Below are positions 25,201 through 36,191 of a stretch of 64,000 nucleotides of DNA, piece by piece. The notes under the pieces are model-generated. The model made no database searches, was not told the origin of the DNA, and saw only the letters and a list, made by a program, of their open reading frames with translations. The stretch spans positions 11,594,001-11,658,000 of the forward strand of contig JBHGNT010000014.1 in the NCBI GenBank assembly GCA_043228905.1, in the 5' to 3' direction. This stretch comes from Azolla caroliniana. Its lineage: Eukaryota > Plantae > Polypodiophyta. Each line of letters starts with the position of its first letter. Positions within the stretch are counted from its first letter, which is position 1. The position numbers and the translations under genes are program-made.

Positions 25201-28200
25201 CTCCCGGACTAAGCACATACAGAGAAGGTATTACTGGTTGCGGGAGAGAGTCGAAGAAGGAGAGTTCTCCCTTGTGAAGATCCATACCGACAACAATGGA
25301 TTTGACATGCTGACGAAGGACCTACCTAGGGACAGACTTCAGTGTCTTTCGGGAAAATACAGGACTGATAGATTTCCTCCCACAGGAGTGACGGGGGAGT
25401 TTGTTGGGAATATGTCCCTCCAGTGGGAGGATGATCCGACAGTTCGAAAAGCCAACAGTCGAAGAGTCGGAAAACATGAGTCGAGTCGAAACCGGAATCG
25501 TGTAAATAGCCAACTCGGGAGACTATATTTGTAAATAGTCTAAGTGTGCGCCCTAGGAGGGCTACGTATGTAAATAACCAAAAAGTTGTGTAAGTATATA
25601 TGCAACTAGGGCAAACTTTTAGTTATGTATGTAGAGTGATGAACAAAAAACTCTGTATGTGTAGAACTGTAGAATGTAAGAGAGCATGAGAGAGAGAAGT
25701 GTGAGTCGCGCCATAGCTATGTGAGTAACAGCAAACGCGAAGAGCCCTGTGCGGTTGATACACTCGACAGAGTGTTATATTCCTCTCGGTGTTTGTATAT
25801 CCACTTTGTATAGTGAAGAAATTTGTTCACCCGTGGTTTTTCCCCGTTTTAGGGTTTCCATGTAAAACTCTGTGCACTGTTGTGTGTCTTATTTTTCCTG
25901 GCATTTTTGTAATTCATATTTCAGCATTGTCTGTTCATTGTGAATTAAATTTCCGCAACGATTTCCCAACACATCCTTCCATATAATTCCGTCTAGAGAG
26001 TGTTTCTCGACTTACACATCCAGTGATCATGGCTATGTAAAGATGGGGGATAATGGGGAGCGTAAGATAGCCAGTGTAGGAAGTATAAGCCTGATGATGT
26101 CAATAGGTTGTCGATTGACTCTAAGGGAAGTTGGACATGTCCCCGATATCAGATTGAATCTGATATTGACTAGAAGACGAAGGCTATAGTGGTAGCTTTC
26201 GAAATGGCAAATGGAAGTTCTGTTGTGGAAACCTCATAGTGGCTTGAGCACAGAAAGAGGGCACATTGTATATATGCATGCCCGATTGTGCAAGTCAAAA
26301 GCAAATGTGGCGGCCGACTCGAGTGAAGAGTTATGGCATAAGAGACTACGCCACATGAGTGAGAAGGGAATTCATATCCTAGCCGACCAAGAACTTCTCC
26401 CATAAGTGAAAGGAGTACACTTGGAGAAGTTTTTCGACTGCTTAGTCGGCAAGCAGAATAGAGCAACATTCCACACAAGACCACGAAGGAGAAGAGAAGC
26501 TACACTCAAATTGGTGCACACCAATGTGTGCTATGTAGATGCTCCATCACATCGAAGTGGGCAATACTTCGTAACGTTTATTGATGACTATAGTCGGAAG
26601 ACATGAGCCTTCGTATTGAAGTCGAAGGATCAAGTATTGTCATTCTTCAAGGAGTTCCAGGCAAGCACCAAAAGAGATTTGGGTAGGAAGTTGAAGGTTT
26701 TCTAAACTGACAATGGTGGCAAATATAAAGGGCAAATCGAAGAATATTGCAAGACCCAAGGCATTTGAATCGAATAGATAGTACTGAAGACCCCTAAGTT
26801 GATCGAGTTTGTAGAGAGGATGAATCAAATAATCATGGAGAGAGTAAGGAGCATGTTGTCGCATGCTAAGCTGCTGAAAACATATTGGGTTGAGGCAATG
26901 CATACAACTGTTTTATCTTATCAATAGGTCTCCCTCAGTGCCATTGAAAGGTGATGTCCCATAGAGGATGTGAACAAGAAAGGATGCTACAAGTTGTGGG
27001 ACTTAGTCAACAAGAAGGTAGTGAGGAGTCGGGACGCGGTCTTCTTGGAGGACAAGACAATTGAGGACTGGAAGCAAAAGAAGTCGGATTTGACTTCCCA
27101 ATCGACTCCCACTACCACCAACTTAAGGCCAAGTGAACCGACGCAGTCAGTTCTTCGAAGACAGCCAATCAGCACAACCGAATTAGAGTTGGACGACTCG
27201 GAGCAACCAACCAACACAGATGAGTTGGAGTCGGTGGACCTACTGAAGTCGATCGAAGAATATGAGTCGGAGGTGGCTAACCCTCATGGACCAATCGACA
27301 CATATGAACCCGATCCAAGAGAAGAGCTGTCAAAGACATCCGAACAAGAGCCGACAACGAGTAGAAGGAGATACCTACTCAGAGAAAGGAGAGCACGAAT
27401 GACATATGTCAGTCAATACATCCTCTTCACTAATGAAGGTGAGCTTGAGTGCTATGATGAAGCCATTGCTGACGAGCACAAGGAGAAATGGCAGAGTCCA
27501 ATGCAAGATAAGATGGACTCCTTGCATGAGAATTACACCTACGACCTGGTCGATTTACCGAAAGGTTAGAAAGCACTTAGAAATAAATGGATCTATAGCG
27601 TGAAGACTAGAGAACTCAACACACCCAGGTATAAAGCCTGCATTGTGGTGAAGGGGTTTCAACAGAAAAAGGGTGTCGATTTCGACAAGATTTGCACACT
27701 AGTCGTGAAGATGACATCAATTCGAACTATTCTGAGCATAGCTGCCAGCATGGACTTGGAGATCGAAGTTAGATATCAAAACAACATTCTTGCACTAGGA
27801 GCTAGATGAAGAGATCTACATGCAACAGCCCAAAGGCTTTGTGAAGCAAGGGAAAGAGAACCTTGTGTGTCGACTGAAGAAAAGCTTGTATAGTCTAAAA
27901 CAAGCTCCACGCCAATGGTACAAGAAGTTTGAGTTCTTCATGAAGGAACATAGGTTCTAGAAGATAGAGGTTGATCATTGTGCGTTCGTAAAAAGGTATG
28001 ATGAAGGAGACTTCTTAATTCTCTTACTATATGTGGTTGACATGTTGATAGTCAGACAAGACATGAAGAGAATTTTGAGCTTGAAGAAAGCATTAGGCAA
28101 GTCGTTTGCCATGAAAGATCTTGGACTTGCCAAACAGATCCTAGGGATGCACATAGTTCGAGATAGAACTAAGAAAGTGTTGTGGTTGTCACGAGAGAAG

Positions 28201-28400
28201 TATGTGACAAAGATCTTAGAGAGGTTCAACATGTCGGAAGCAAAGCCAGTCGACTCTATGTTGCCAATCAACTGCAAGCTGAATGCAAAGCAATGCCCTA
28301 GAGGGGAGAAAGAAAAGGTTGAGATGAGGAAAGTACCATATGCCTCGGTCGTCGGCAATTTAATGAATGCTATGGTCTGTACGAGACCAGACATAGCATA
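19204..28400 (+). mobile_element. Ty1/Copia family B element B1, 3'-truncated: 5' LTR 19204-19957, PBS 19961-19972, gag from 19986, pol resumes at 25972
   Basis: PBS tggtatcagagc. Gag MEGGVSSFPGM. The protease WVINSSAS|FHI is split by B2. RT ends at CTRPDIAY, where a different Gypsy begins. Confidence 0.85.
20721..25971 (+). mobile_element. Full-length but mutated Ty1/Copia family B element B2 (LTRs 20721-21312 and 25402-25971)
   Basis: TSD CATCC (20716-20720, 25972-25976), PBS 21316-21327, PPT ~25393-25399. Order is gag-PR-INT-RT-RH (21341-~25400) with in-frame stops (e.g. 21599, 21809, 23339, 24380). The LTRs differ at roughly 30 sites plus a ~22-bp indel. Confidence 0.95.
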
Positions 28401-29149
28401 CATATTAGAGAAGTTCAATCATTCCTTGGGTTTGTCGGGTTTTTGCAAAAATCTCTTTGCAATTATTCCCAATTCACGACGTCATTTACTGATCTTCTAA
28501 AAGGTCAAACACTTAAGTCTACAAAACCTATTGTATGGAATGCTACACTAGACCTCGCCTTTAAGGAACTTAAGGACCTTGTGTGCAAGGCTCCTTCGCT
28601 TCTTTTACTAGATCCTTCAAAACCTTTCCAGGTTGAAACCAACGCAAGTGATTATGCTATAGGTGTCGTCCTATATCAAGATGGTAAACCAATAGCATTT
28701 GAGAGTACAAACAAAACTTGATTCTGCTCAGTGTAGGTATACCGTGCAAGGAATTATTTGCATTTATTCCTGTGCTAAAGTCATGGCACCATTATCTTTA
28801 TGGAAATCGTTTTGTGGTAACTACAGACCACGAGTCCTTGAAATATTTTTGTGACCAACAAGACCTCAAAGGTCGTAAGGCATGATGGGTAGATCTCATC
28901 CAAGAGTTTGATTTTTCCATACGATACCGTAAAGGTTCCATGAACATTGTCGTTGATGCACTAAGTCATATCCGTGAAGTTAACATGCTTAGCTTCACTG
29001 AAATAACACCATATCTTTATAATCACCTTCGAGGAAAGTATCTTGATGACAATTATTTTGGAAAATATTGGGCAAAAGTTGAGTCTGGAATAGATATCAC
29101 CACATCCTCGAAGGAATCCTTCCACATTGCTAATGGTCTGCTCTACCGT

Positions 29150-29804
29150 TGTCGTGAAGAAAACCGTCCCTTAGCGTAATCGGTGCATAGCGCGCGTGAA
29201 CCGGCTCTTCACACGTGCGCGCCCTTTAATGTATATAATAGAGAATTAGGTACAAAGGTATATCCTAGGTAGTTAGATTCGGTAGGTAGGAAGTTAATGA
29301 GGGAAACGGCTCCCTTCTTGAAGCTATAAAAGAGAGGGAGACGCGGGGAGAAGGGGACTAGGAATTTTATTGAGGAGGACGAAGTGCTATCGGACCGAAA
29401 CCGAACGCTTCTCCTTTGTTCGTTCTCCATCGCTCTTCTCTGCAGGTTTTCGGGAGGCTCGCGCTGCTTCAAGGAACGCCCGTGTGCTTCCGGCAGCACC
29501 TCCATCCTATCCCCTTTCGTGCGCAGACGAGCAGGCATCGGCATCTGTTCGTCGGCATGTTCGGTTGTAACCACTCGCGTGCTCTGTTGTTTATTTGTCA
29601 TTCGTTAATATACAAACATTCGTGTCTCTCTGTCTCTGTGTCCATTCGTGTCTTCTGCGTTGACGGGCCGTGTCCCTATGTTTCTTTGCTCACACGTAAC
29701 CGGGCGTCTCTCTCTTTCTCTTTCCCCTTCTATCACCTGCTCTTCGGTTCAAGACCTCGGTGGTCCCGCCTCGTTTCTCCATGCACGCGCGTAGTAACGC
29801 GACA
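29150..29804 (+). repeat. 5' LTR of the young Gypsy
   Basis: Direct repeat of 35537-36191; TATA-like tataaaa at 29325-29331. Confidence 0.95.
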
Positions 29805-29808
29805 TCTT

Positions 29809-29825
29809 TGGTGAACCCGACGTGA
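29809..29825 (+). promoter_or_regulatory. Primer-binding site complementary to the 3' end of tRNA-Trp
   Basis: TGGTGAACCCGACGTGA lies 4 nt after the LTR. It is the complement of ...UCACGUCGGGUUCACCA, the plant tRNA-Trp(CCA) 3' end as I recall it. Confidence 0.8.
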
Positions 29826-29848
29826 AACAGGCGGCAGAGGAGCAGAAG

Positions 29849-31966
29849 ATGAGGGGGTCGGATCTTGCGGAGGCCATGGCTTCGGCCGTGGACCAGATAG
29901 TGAGCGCGCGCGAGGGAACCGGCGCCCTTGACAGGGCTATTGAGGCGATCGTCGGTACGATCGGCCGGTTAAGTGGAAAGGATGCCACGAGTTATTTGGC
30001 GTCCTACCGGGCGGAGATGTTGATGAGGGATATTCCGGAAGAGAGGCGTCTTGCCGGATTCCCTCGAGTGGCGATGTCGGGCATCCATGCAGAGGTGCTC
30101 GAGGTCCGGGCGGAGAGCCGGACCTGGGAGGAGTTCGAAGTACGGCTCCTGGAGAAATACGGGTTGGATGACGCGCTTCGGCTTTCAAAGCGGGGCTTCA
30201 TGGAGTGGGTGGAGTCCCCCAACAAAGGAAGAAATGTGTCGGTACTCTTCCGGGAGTTTGAGGAACGCTTTGCGCACCTTTCGGCGCTCGATCGGACCGT
30301 TCTGGACACAAGTCGTGTCCTACTGTTTGTGAAATCGGTTGACGCACGGGATCGGGAGCAAGTGGGCTCCTTACTGGAAACTGAAGACGGGTTGACGGCC
30401 GACTGGGCCGCGGTAAAAAGAGTCTGCGGCCGTTTTGACAAACGGTGGGAGTGGGCTGATACAAGGGCAGGTCCTGTCGCAACAAGGAAGCTCGAACCAA
30501 TACCATAGGCGCGAAAGGAAGAGACCCGGGAGTGGCTCGAAACCGGTTCGGCTTCGACCGGCGTGGTCCGAGGCTCGTCCGGGGGAACAGCTTTGGAGGA
30601 GTTGACACGAGCAGTAAAGGATCTCCAGATCGCCCAGGCTCGAAGGGAAGGCAGCGAACAAGCTTGTGACCGACGGCCTCCGGCAGGAAATAGATGCATG
30701 TGGTGCGACAAGGTCGGCCACATCCGGAAATACTGCGGGGACTTTGCGGAGGCTTTGAGAAGCCAGGTAGTGTACCTATGGGAAGGTCGAGTGCACGCCA
30801 GCGATACCCGGAGGGCCCTGAACCGAAACGACGAGCGAGGAGGAATGAAAAGGCTGATGGAAGAGGCGGAGGCCCGGCACGCGGAGACCGTCCACTACTC
30901 GGCGTCAACCGGTATTCGGGTCGGAGGCAGCGAGGCCCGGAAGGAGAGCAAAGCCGGGTTCTGGCCGACGATGCTGGAAGGCCTCGCCGGTGCCCGACTA
31001 AGGAAAGACGAGGCGGACCGCGCGGAGAAGCGGGTCCATGAGGTAACCGGGTGGAGTGACCCGGTCGAAGAAAAGACGGGTTTCATCGAAGCAGCTTGCC
31101 AGAACTACGAGGCTCTGGTTGAAGACAAACGGGTAGGTAAAACCGGAGGGGCCGGACCCTCACAGAGATACGAAACCCGATTCGGGCCGAAACGGAACGA
31201 GGCCGGTGAGACCAGTGCCCGAGATAACCACAAGAAGGGCGGATACTGGTTGGGCACAAAGATCGAAAGGACCATGGACCTACGAAAGGTCCTGGAAGAA
31301 CGAATCGTCGACAGCAAGGTGGAACTGTCGTTGCGGGAGGTGCTCGGAATCGCCAAGAAGGAGTTCCACGACTCCATCGTAAACTTGGTGAAGAGGAAGA
31401 GGTTGTCGACGGAGATAGAACCGGAAAGGCCGGTGGAGGTGCGGACGACGCACATAGAGGACATGGCGCTGGAAGACGAGTGGGCGGAGAGCCACTATTC
31501 GAGGCCACACTGGGCCCGAGCGACCACGGAAACCACGGTGAAGATCGGAGATGTTCAGGAACCGGTGGTGGCGCTAGTGGACCACGGTTCGGAAATAAAC
31601 CTGATGTCCATGGACTTCTACAAGAAGGGGAAATGGTCGGTCAACACCAAGCACAGGTGTAAGATACGAGCGGCGACGCGCGCCATCGAGGAACTACACG
31701 GGGCCTGCCCAAACGTGCGAGTCAAGATCGGCGACGTCGAGATAGACCAGCACTTCTTTGTGCAGGAGACGTCCTCGCACCCAGTCATACTGGGAGAACC
31801 GTACATTACGGCAGCACGGATGGAGACCAAGGTGCTGAACAACAAGTCGGCTTACGCGAGGGTCAAGAGTCAGGACGGGCGTCATTCGATCCAGTTCTTG
31901 ACGGTGCGACCGAACCACGAGCGAAACCGCGAGTCCCTCGGTGGCGAGAACCGAGAGGATTTTTAG
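29849..31966 (+). CDS. Gypsy ORF1: Gag (CCHC knuckle) fused to aspartic protease, with one in-frame TAG at 30506-30508
   Basis: ORFs 29822-30508 and 30563-31966 are in the same frame. Motifs CMWCDKVGHIRKYC and ALVDHGSEINLM. Confidence 0.85.
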
Positions 31967-32022
31967 AGAGGGCTGTCAAGGCGTGGGGCCGCGATAGTCC
32001 GGACACTCCGGGAAAACCCCAC
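31957..32022 (+). promoter_or_regulatory. -1 programmed ribosomal frameshift signal: G GAT TTT heptamer plus downstream pseudoknot
   Basis: The heptamer abuts the ORF1 stop, and the -1 frame is open into ORF2. Stems 31970-77/31993-32000 and 31983-88/32017-22. Confidence 0.75.
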
Positions 32023-32028
32023 AAATGT

Positions 32029-35000
32029 ATGATAGAGGCGAAACCGAAGAAACCTTGTACCATAAGTAGGAAGTTTTGTTTCTCCGACAACGGAGGGTGT
32101 ACGATAGTTGGCGTCGTTGGCCGAGAAAAGACAAGGGCGGAAGAGCGACTTCGGGCGTGCGGAGTTCTCAGGCCCAGCGAGGAAATCAATGGAGCCGTGG
32201 AGGCGGTCTCCTTCGACGATACCTTGGGAATACTACGAGAGGTGGTCGGAGAGGGCCTTAAACAAGACCGGACGATACCGGTTTGTTCAGAAGAGATGTA
32301 CGAAGTCATCGCGGACTTTAGTCAAGGGCTCGAGTCGGATCGGACGGCCCGGGTTAACACGAAGTACAAGACTATGGACCGGAAGGTAAGGCCAGTCGCG
32401 GCACCCTTACCGGAGGGCAGCGAGTTGCGAATCAAGGGGGTCGCGTTGGACCCCAGTTTACGAGATCCGGCCTGCATAGGACACACCTTCACCGACAGAA
32501 CGCTACGGGAGCTCAAAATCGATGGGGGCGGGTTCCTATTGCCGGCGGAAGAAGACCGGTTTCGGAGAGTGCTTGGAAGGCACGGGAAAGCCTTCGCATT
32601 CTCACCGGAAGAGATCGGGTGCGTAGACCCGACAGTCGTGAAGCCAATGGTGATATTCACGGTACCGCATGTGCCGTGTAATCTCAAACCAATTCCGATA
32701 CCGAGAGCTCACATCCCGGAGCTGATGGAGCTGTTGAGGCAGAAAGTCGATATGGGCATCCTCGAACCGTCGAGTGCCCTGTACTCGAACCGGTGGTTCA
32801 CCGTACCGAAGAAGAATGAGACGTTGCGCTTCATTCAAGACCTGCAACCAGTCAACAGAGTGACCATTCGGAATGCAGGAATCGGACCAACGATAGACGA
32901 GTTCGCGGAGGCCTTCGCCGGAAGGTCGATCTACTCGGTCGGTGATCTGTACTCGGGATACAATCAGTTCCAACTAGCCGTAGAGAGCAGAGACATTACG
33001 ACGATGCGGACTCCTCTCGGCCTAGTGCGGATGTGTACCCTGCCACAAGGAGGGACGAACTCGGTGGCCCACATGGTGAATGCGATGAACAAGGTGCTCA
33101 GGGATTGTATCTCGGACATCACCATGCCATTCTTGGACGACATCCCGATCAAGGGATGTCTAGTGGAGGAAAAGGACGAAACGATCGGACCGGACGGATG
33201 CCGGAAATTCGTGGCGACACACATTGACGACTGCGAGAGAGTGTTGCAGAGGCTAGAGGACGCGAGGCTCACATTCTCCGGGGAGAAATCGGCCTTCGGG
33301 CAATCAAAGATCATGGTCGTCGGACATCTATGCGGACCGTATGGCCGGAAACCGTCTCCGGCTAAGGTGGAAGCCATCTCCGCAATGAAGCCCGACTGTA
33401 ACTCAGTCACGGAGGTACGGAGGTTCTTGGGAACATGCGTGTTCTACCACATATGGATCCCGCATTACGCCCACGTTGTCGAGCCGCTATACGGGTTGTT
33501 GAAAAAGGGGCGAAGATTCGAGTGGCGAGACGAGCATACGGAGTCGGTCCGAAAGATGAAGGAGGCTCTTGCTGCAGCTCCGGCACTCCGGAAGGCTGTC
33601 TACGAGAAAGGCACTCCCATCTACATAACGGTAGATACAAGTCCGACCGGGATCGGATGGGTCATCAACCAAGAAGATGAGGACGGCATTCGGTTCCCAA
33701 TCTGGTTCAGCGCGAAGGTCCTCAGCGAGCGACAGCGAGGATACGCCCAGGTTAAACGCGAACTCTGGGGTATCGTTTCGGCGGTGAAGGCCGATAAAGA
33801 CTATCTGATCGGGATAGAGGTGATTATCGAGACGGACTGCCTGCCGATTCTCGGCAAGGTTTCCAGATGCGCAACCCCGAACCTGGCAATGCTCAGGTGG
33901 ATAGCGTACATCAAGTCCCTGGATCCGGAAATACGACACATTTCCGGGAAAGACAATGTCATGGCCGACATGCTTTCGAGGGCGCGATTCGATGACGAGG
34001 GCGGCATGGTTTCGGAGGACGAGGAAGTCGGCGTGGACTTCTTCGAGGCGGCTTACATGACAACCGAGGGGGGGAGCACTCCGACGCTTAACGATTTCAA
34101 CGAGAGCAAGTACGATGGGGAGTGGCTGCAGATTGGGGGATTCTTAAGGACGATGACGTCAGACGCGTCATGGACAAAGGACGAGGCCAACCGGATCCGG
34201 AAGAAAGCGTACCGATTCTTTCTCCGGGACGGATACTTGTGGAAGCACCCGAAGAAGACGAACGGCATCCCGCTCCGAGTAGTGGCGATGGAGGAGGAAC
34301 AGGAGGAGTTGTTGAAGGCCTACCACGACAGCCCCTGGGCTGGACACCGTGGGACGTGGGCCACATTCGAGAAACTAAAGGGGAAGTACTGGTGGCCGAG
34401 ACTGTACCGGGACGTGCATCGGTTCGTGACAACTTGTCAGAGCTGTCAGATTCACTCCATAGTCCGACATCGGGACGAGCTTCACCCTACATACCCTCCG
34501 GCAATCCACTTCAAATGGATGGTAGATTTGGTGACGATGCCGATGGGCGTAGGGCAGATGCGATATCTGGTGTTGGCCCGAGAGGACCTGACGAACCAGG
34601 TGGAAGGCCGAGCCCTGCAGAGCAAAACAACCGCGGTCGTGTGTCGGTTCCTGATCGAGGACGTGATATGCCGGTACGGGTGCGTCGGGAAGATTGTGGT
34701 TGACCGCGGGGAGTTGGACACCGAAGAGGCCGAGGAGCTGTTCGACCGGTTAGGGGTCAAGCTCTCGCTCACCACAACGTACAATCCGGAGGCGAACGGG
34801 AAGGTGGAGCGCGGACACAGACCGATCGTCAAAGCGCTAGTCTGGGCGTGCAGAGGCCAGGTCGGGAACTGGCCACGACTGTTACCTTATGCCTTGTGGG
34901 CGGACCGGACAACGCACAGTTCGGTAACCGGGTTCATGCCGTCAGAGCTCATGTTCGGACAGAAGCCGATCATGCCGATGGATTGGACGATCTCCTCTTG

Positions 35001-35544
35001 GGCAACAGTAGACTGGAGAGACGAGATGAGCCGGGAAGAACTGCTAGCGGCGCGTATACGGCAGCTCGAGTGGAGGCCAGAGGACGTGGAACGAGCAACG
35101 GAGAGACTTCGAACGGCGAGGATGAAGAACAAAGCCCGGTTCGACCGAACACACCGGCTCCGACCAAAGAAGATCGAGGAAGGCGACTGGGTGCTAGTCT
35201 CCATCAGCAGCCTCAACAACCAGCACCGGGCAACACGGAAGTTTGCAAAGCGGTGGTTCGGGCCTTACGTGGTAACGAGCGCCAACGACAACGGGACATA
35301 TCACCTGGCGGAACTCGACGATACGAGGATGGCGATACCGGTAGCAGGGAAGCAGATCAAAGCGTTCAAGAAACGCCACGACGGCGAACCGAATCTAAGA
35401 GGCCTGGACAGCGACGACGAACAGTCCGAAACGGGGGACGAACCGATGGACGAGGAACCGGAACCCGGACCGGTTTTCTCCAACCAAAACCCAATTTTGG
35501 CGCATACCGGTGGATGCGCGGTTAGGTGGGGGCGGATGTCGTGA
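32029..35544 (+). CDS. Gypsy ORF2: reverse transcriptase, RNase H, integrase (1171 aa, open); probably entered by frameshift at 31957
   Basis: Motifs TLPQG, FLDD, TVDTS, H..H..C..C and NPEANGKVER. Acidic tail, no chromodomain seen. Confidence 0.93.
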   Translation: MIEAKPKKPCTISRKFCFSDNGGCTIVGVVGREKTRAEERLRACGVLRPSEEINGAVEAVSFDDTLGILREVVGEGLKQDRTIPVCSEEMYEVIADFSQGLESDRTARVNTKYKTMDRKVRPVAAPLPEGSELRIKGVALDPSLRDPACIGHTFTDRTLRELKIDGGGFLLPAEEDRFRRVLGRHGKAFAFSPEEIGCVDPTVVKPMVIFTVPHVPCNLKPIPIPRAHIPELMELLRQKVDMGILEPSSALYSNRWFTVPKKNETLRFIQDLQPVNRVTIRNAGIGPTIDEFAEAFAGRSIYSVGDLYSGYNQFQLAVESRDITTMRTPLGLVRMCTLPQGGTNSVAHMVNAMNKVLRDCISDITMPFLDDIPIKGCLVEEKDETIGPDGCRKFVATHIDDCERVLQRLEDARLTFSGEKSAFGQSKIMVVGHLCGPYGRKPSPAKVEAISAMKPDCNSVTEVRRFLGTCVFYHIWIPHYAHVVEPLYGLLKKGRRFEWRDEHTESVRKMKEALAAAPALRKAVYEKGTPIYITVDTSPTGIGWVINQEDEDGIRFPIWFSAKVLSERQRGYAQVKRELWGIVSAVKADKDYLIGIEVIIETDCLPILGKVSRCATPNLAMLRWIAYIKSLDPEIRHISGKDNVMADMLSRARFDDEGGMVSEDEEVGVDFFEAAYMTTEGGSTPTLNDFNESKYDGEWLQIGGFLRTMTSDASWTKDEANRIRKKAYRFFLRDGYLWKHPKKTNGIPLRVVAMEEEQEELLKAYHDSPWAGHRGTWATFEKLKGKYWWPRLYRDVHRFVTTCQSCQIHSIVRHRDELHPTYPPAIHFKWMVDLVTMPMGVGQMRYLVLAREDLTNQVEGRALQSKTTAVVCRFLIEDVICRYGCVGKIVVDRGELDTEEAEELFDRLGVKLSLTTTYNPEANGKVERGHRPIVKALVWACRGQVGNWPRLLPYALWADRTTHSSVTGFMPSELMFGQKPIMPMDWTISSWATVDWRDEMSREELLAARIRQLEWRPEDVERATERLRTARMKNKARFDRTHRLRPKKIEEGDWVLVSISSLNNQHRATRKFAKRWFGPYVVTSANDNGTYHLAELDDTRMAIPVAGKQIKAFKKRHDGEPNLRGLDSDDEQSETGDEPMDEEPEPGPVFSNQNPILAHTGGCAVRWGRMS

Positions 35545-36191
35545 AGAAAACCGTCCCTTAGCGTAATCGGTGCATAGCGCGCGTGAACCGGCTCTTCACA
35601 CGTGCGCGCCCTTTAATGTATATAATAGAGAATTAGGTACAAAGGTATATCCTAGGTAGTTAGATTCGGTAGGTAGGAAGTTAATGAGGGAAACGGCTCC
35701 CTTCTTGAAGCTATAAAAGAGAGGGAGACGCGGGGAGAAGGGGACTAGGAATTTTATTGAGGAGGACGAAGTGTTATCGGATCGAAACCGAACGCTTCTC
35801 CTCTGTTCGTTCTCCATCGCTCTTCTCTGCAGGTTTTCGGGAGGCTCGCGCTGCTTCGAGGAACGCCCGTGTGCTTCCGGCAGCACCTCCATCCTATCCC
35901 CTTTCGTGCGCAGACGAGCAGGCATCGACATCTATTCACCGGCCTGTTCGGTTGTAACCGCTCGCGCGCTCTGTTGTTTATTTGTCATTTGTTAATATAC
36001 AAACATTCGTGTCTCTCTGTCTCAGTGTCCATTCGTGTCTTCCGCGTTGGCGGGCCGTGTCCCTGTGTTTCTTTGCTCATACGTAACCGGGCGTCTCTCT
36101 CTTTCTCTTTCCCCTTCTATCACCTGCTCTTCGGTTCAAGACCTCGGTGGTCCCGCCTCGTTTCTCCACGCACGCGCGTAGTGACGCGACA
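35537..36191 (+). repeat. 3' LTR of the young Gypsy
   Basis: 655-bp direct repeat; about 19 mismatches to the 5' LTR. Confidence 0.95.

Larger units (their letters stand above)
29150..36191 (+). mobile_element. Young, nearly intact non-chromovirus Ty3/Gypsy retrotransposon (7042 bp)
   Basis: 655-bp LTRs TGTCGTG...CGCGACA, 4-bp TSD CCGT (29146-29149, 36192-36195), PBS, PPT aggtgggggcgga at 35524-35536, and two long ORFs. Confidence 0.97.

Noticed and set aside
30506-30508. In-frame TAG in gag as programmed readthrough
   Set aside because: No CARYYA-type context, and it lies before the zinc knuckle. A CAG-to-TAG mutation is simpler.
29209-35525. Many overlapping or antisense ORFs in the young Gypsy, including LTR ORFs
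   Set aside because: Expected from high GC; no motifs seen, so no env-like or extra gene is called.
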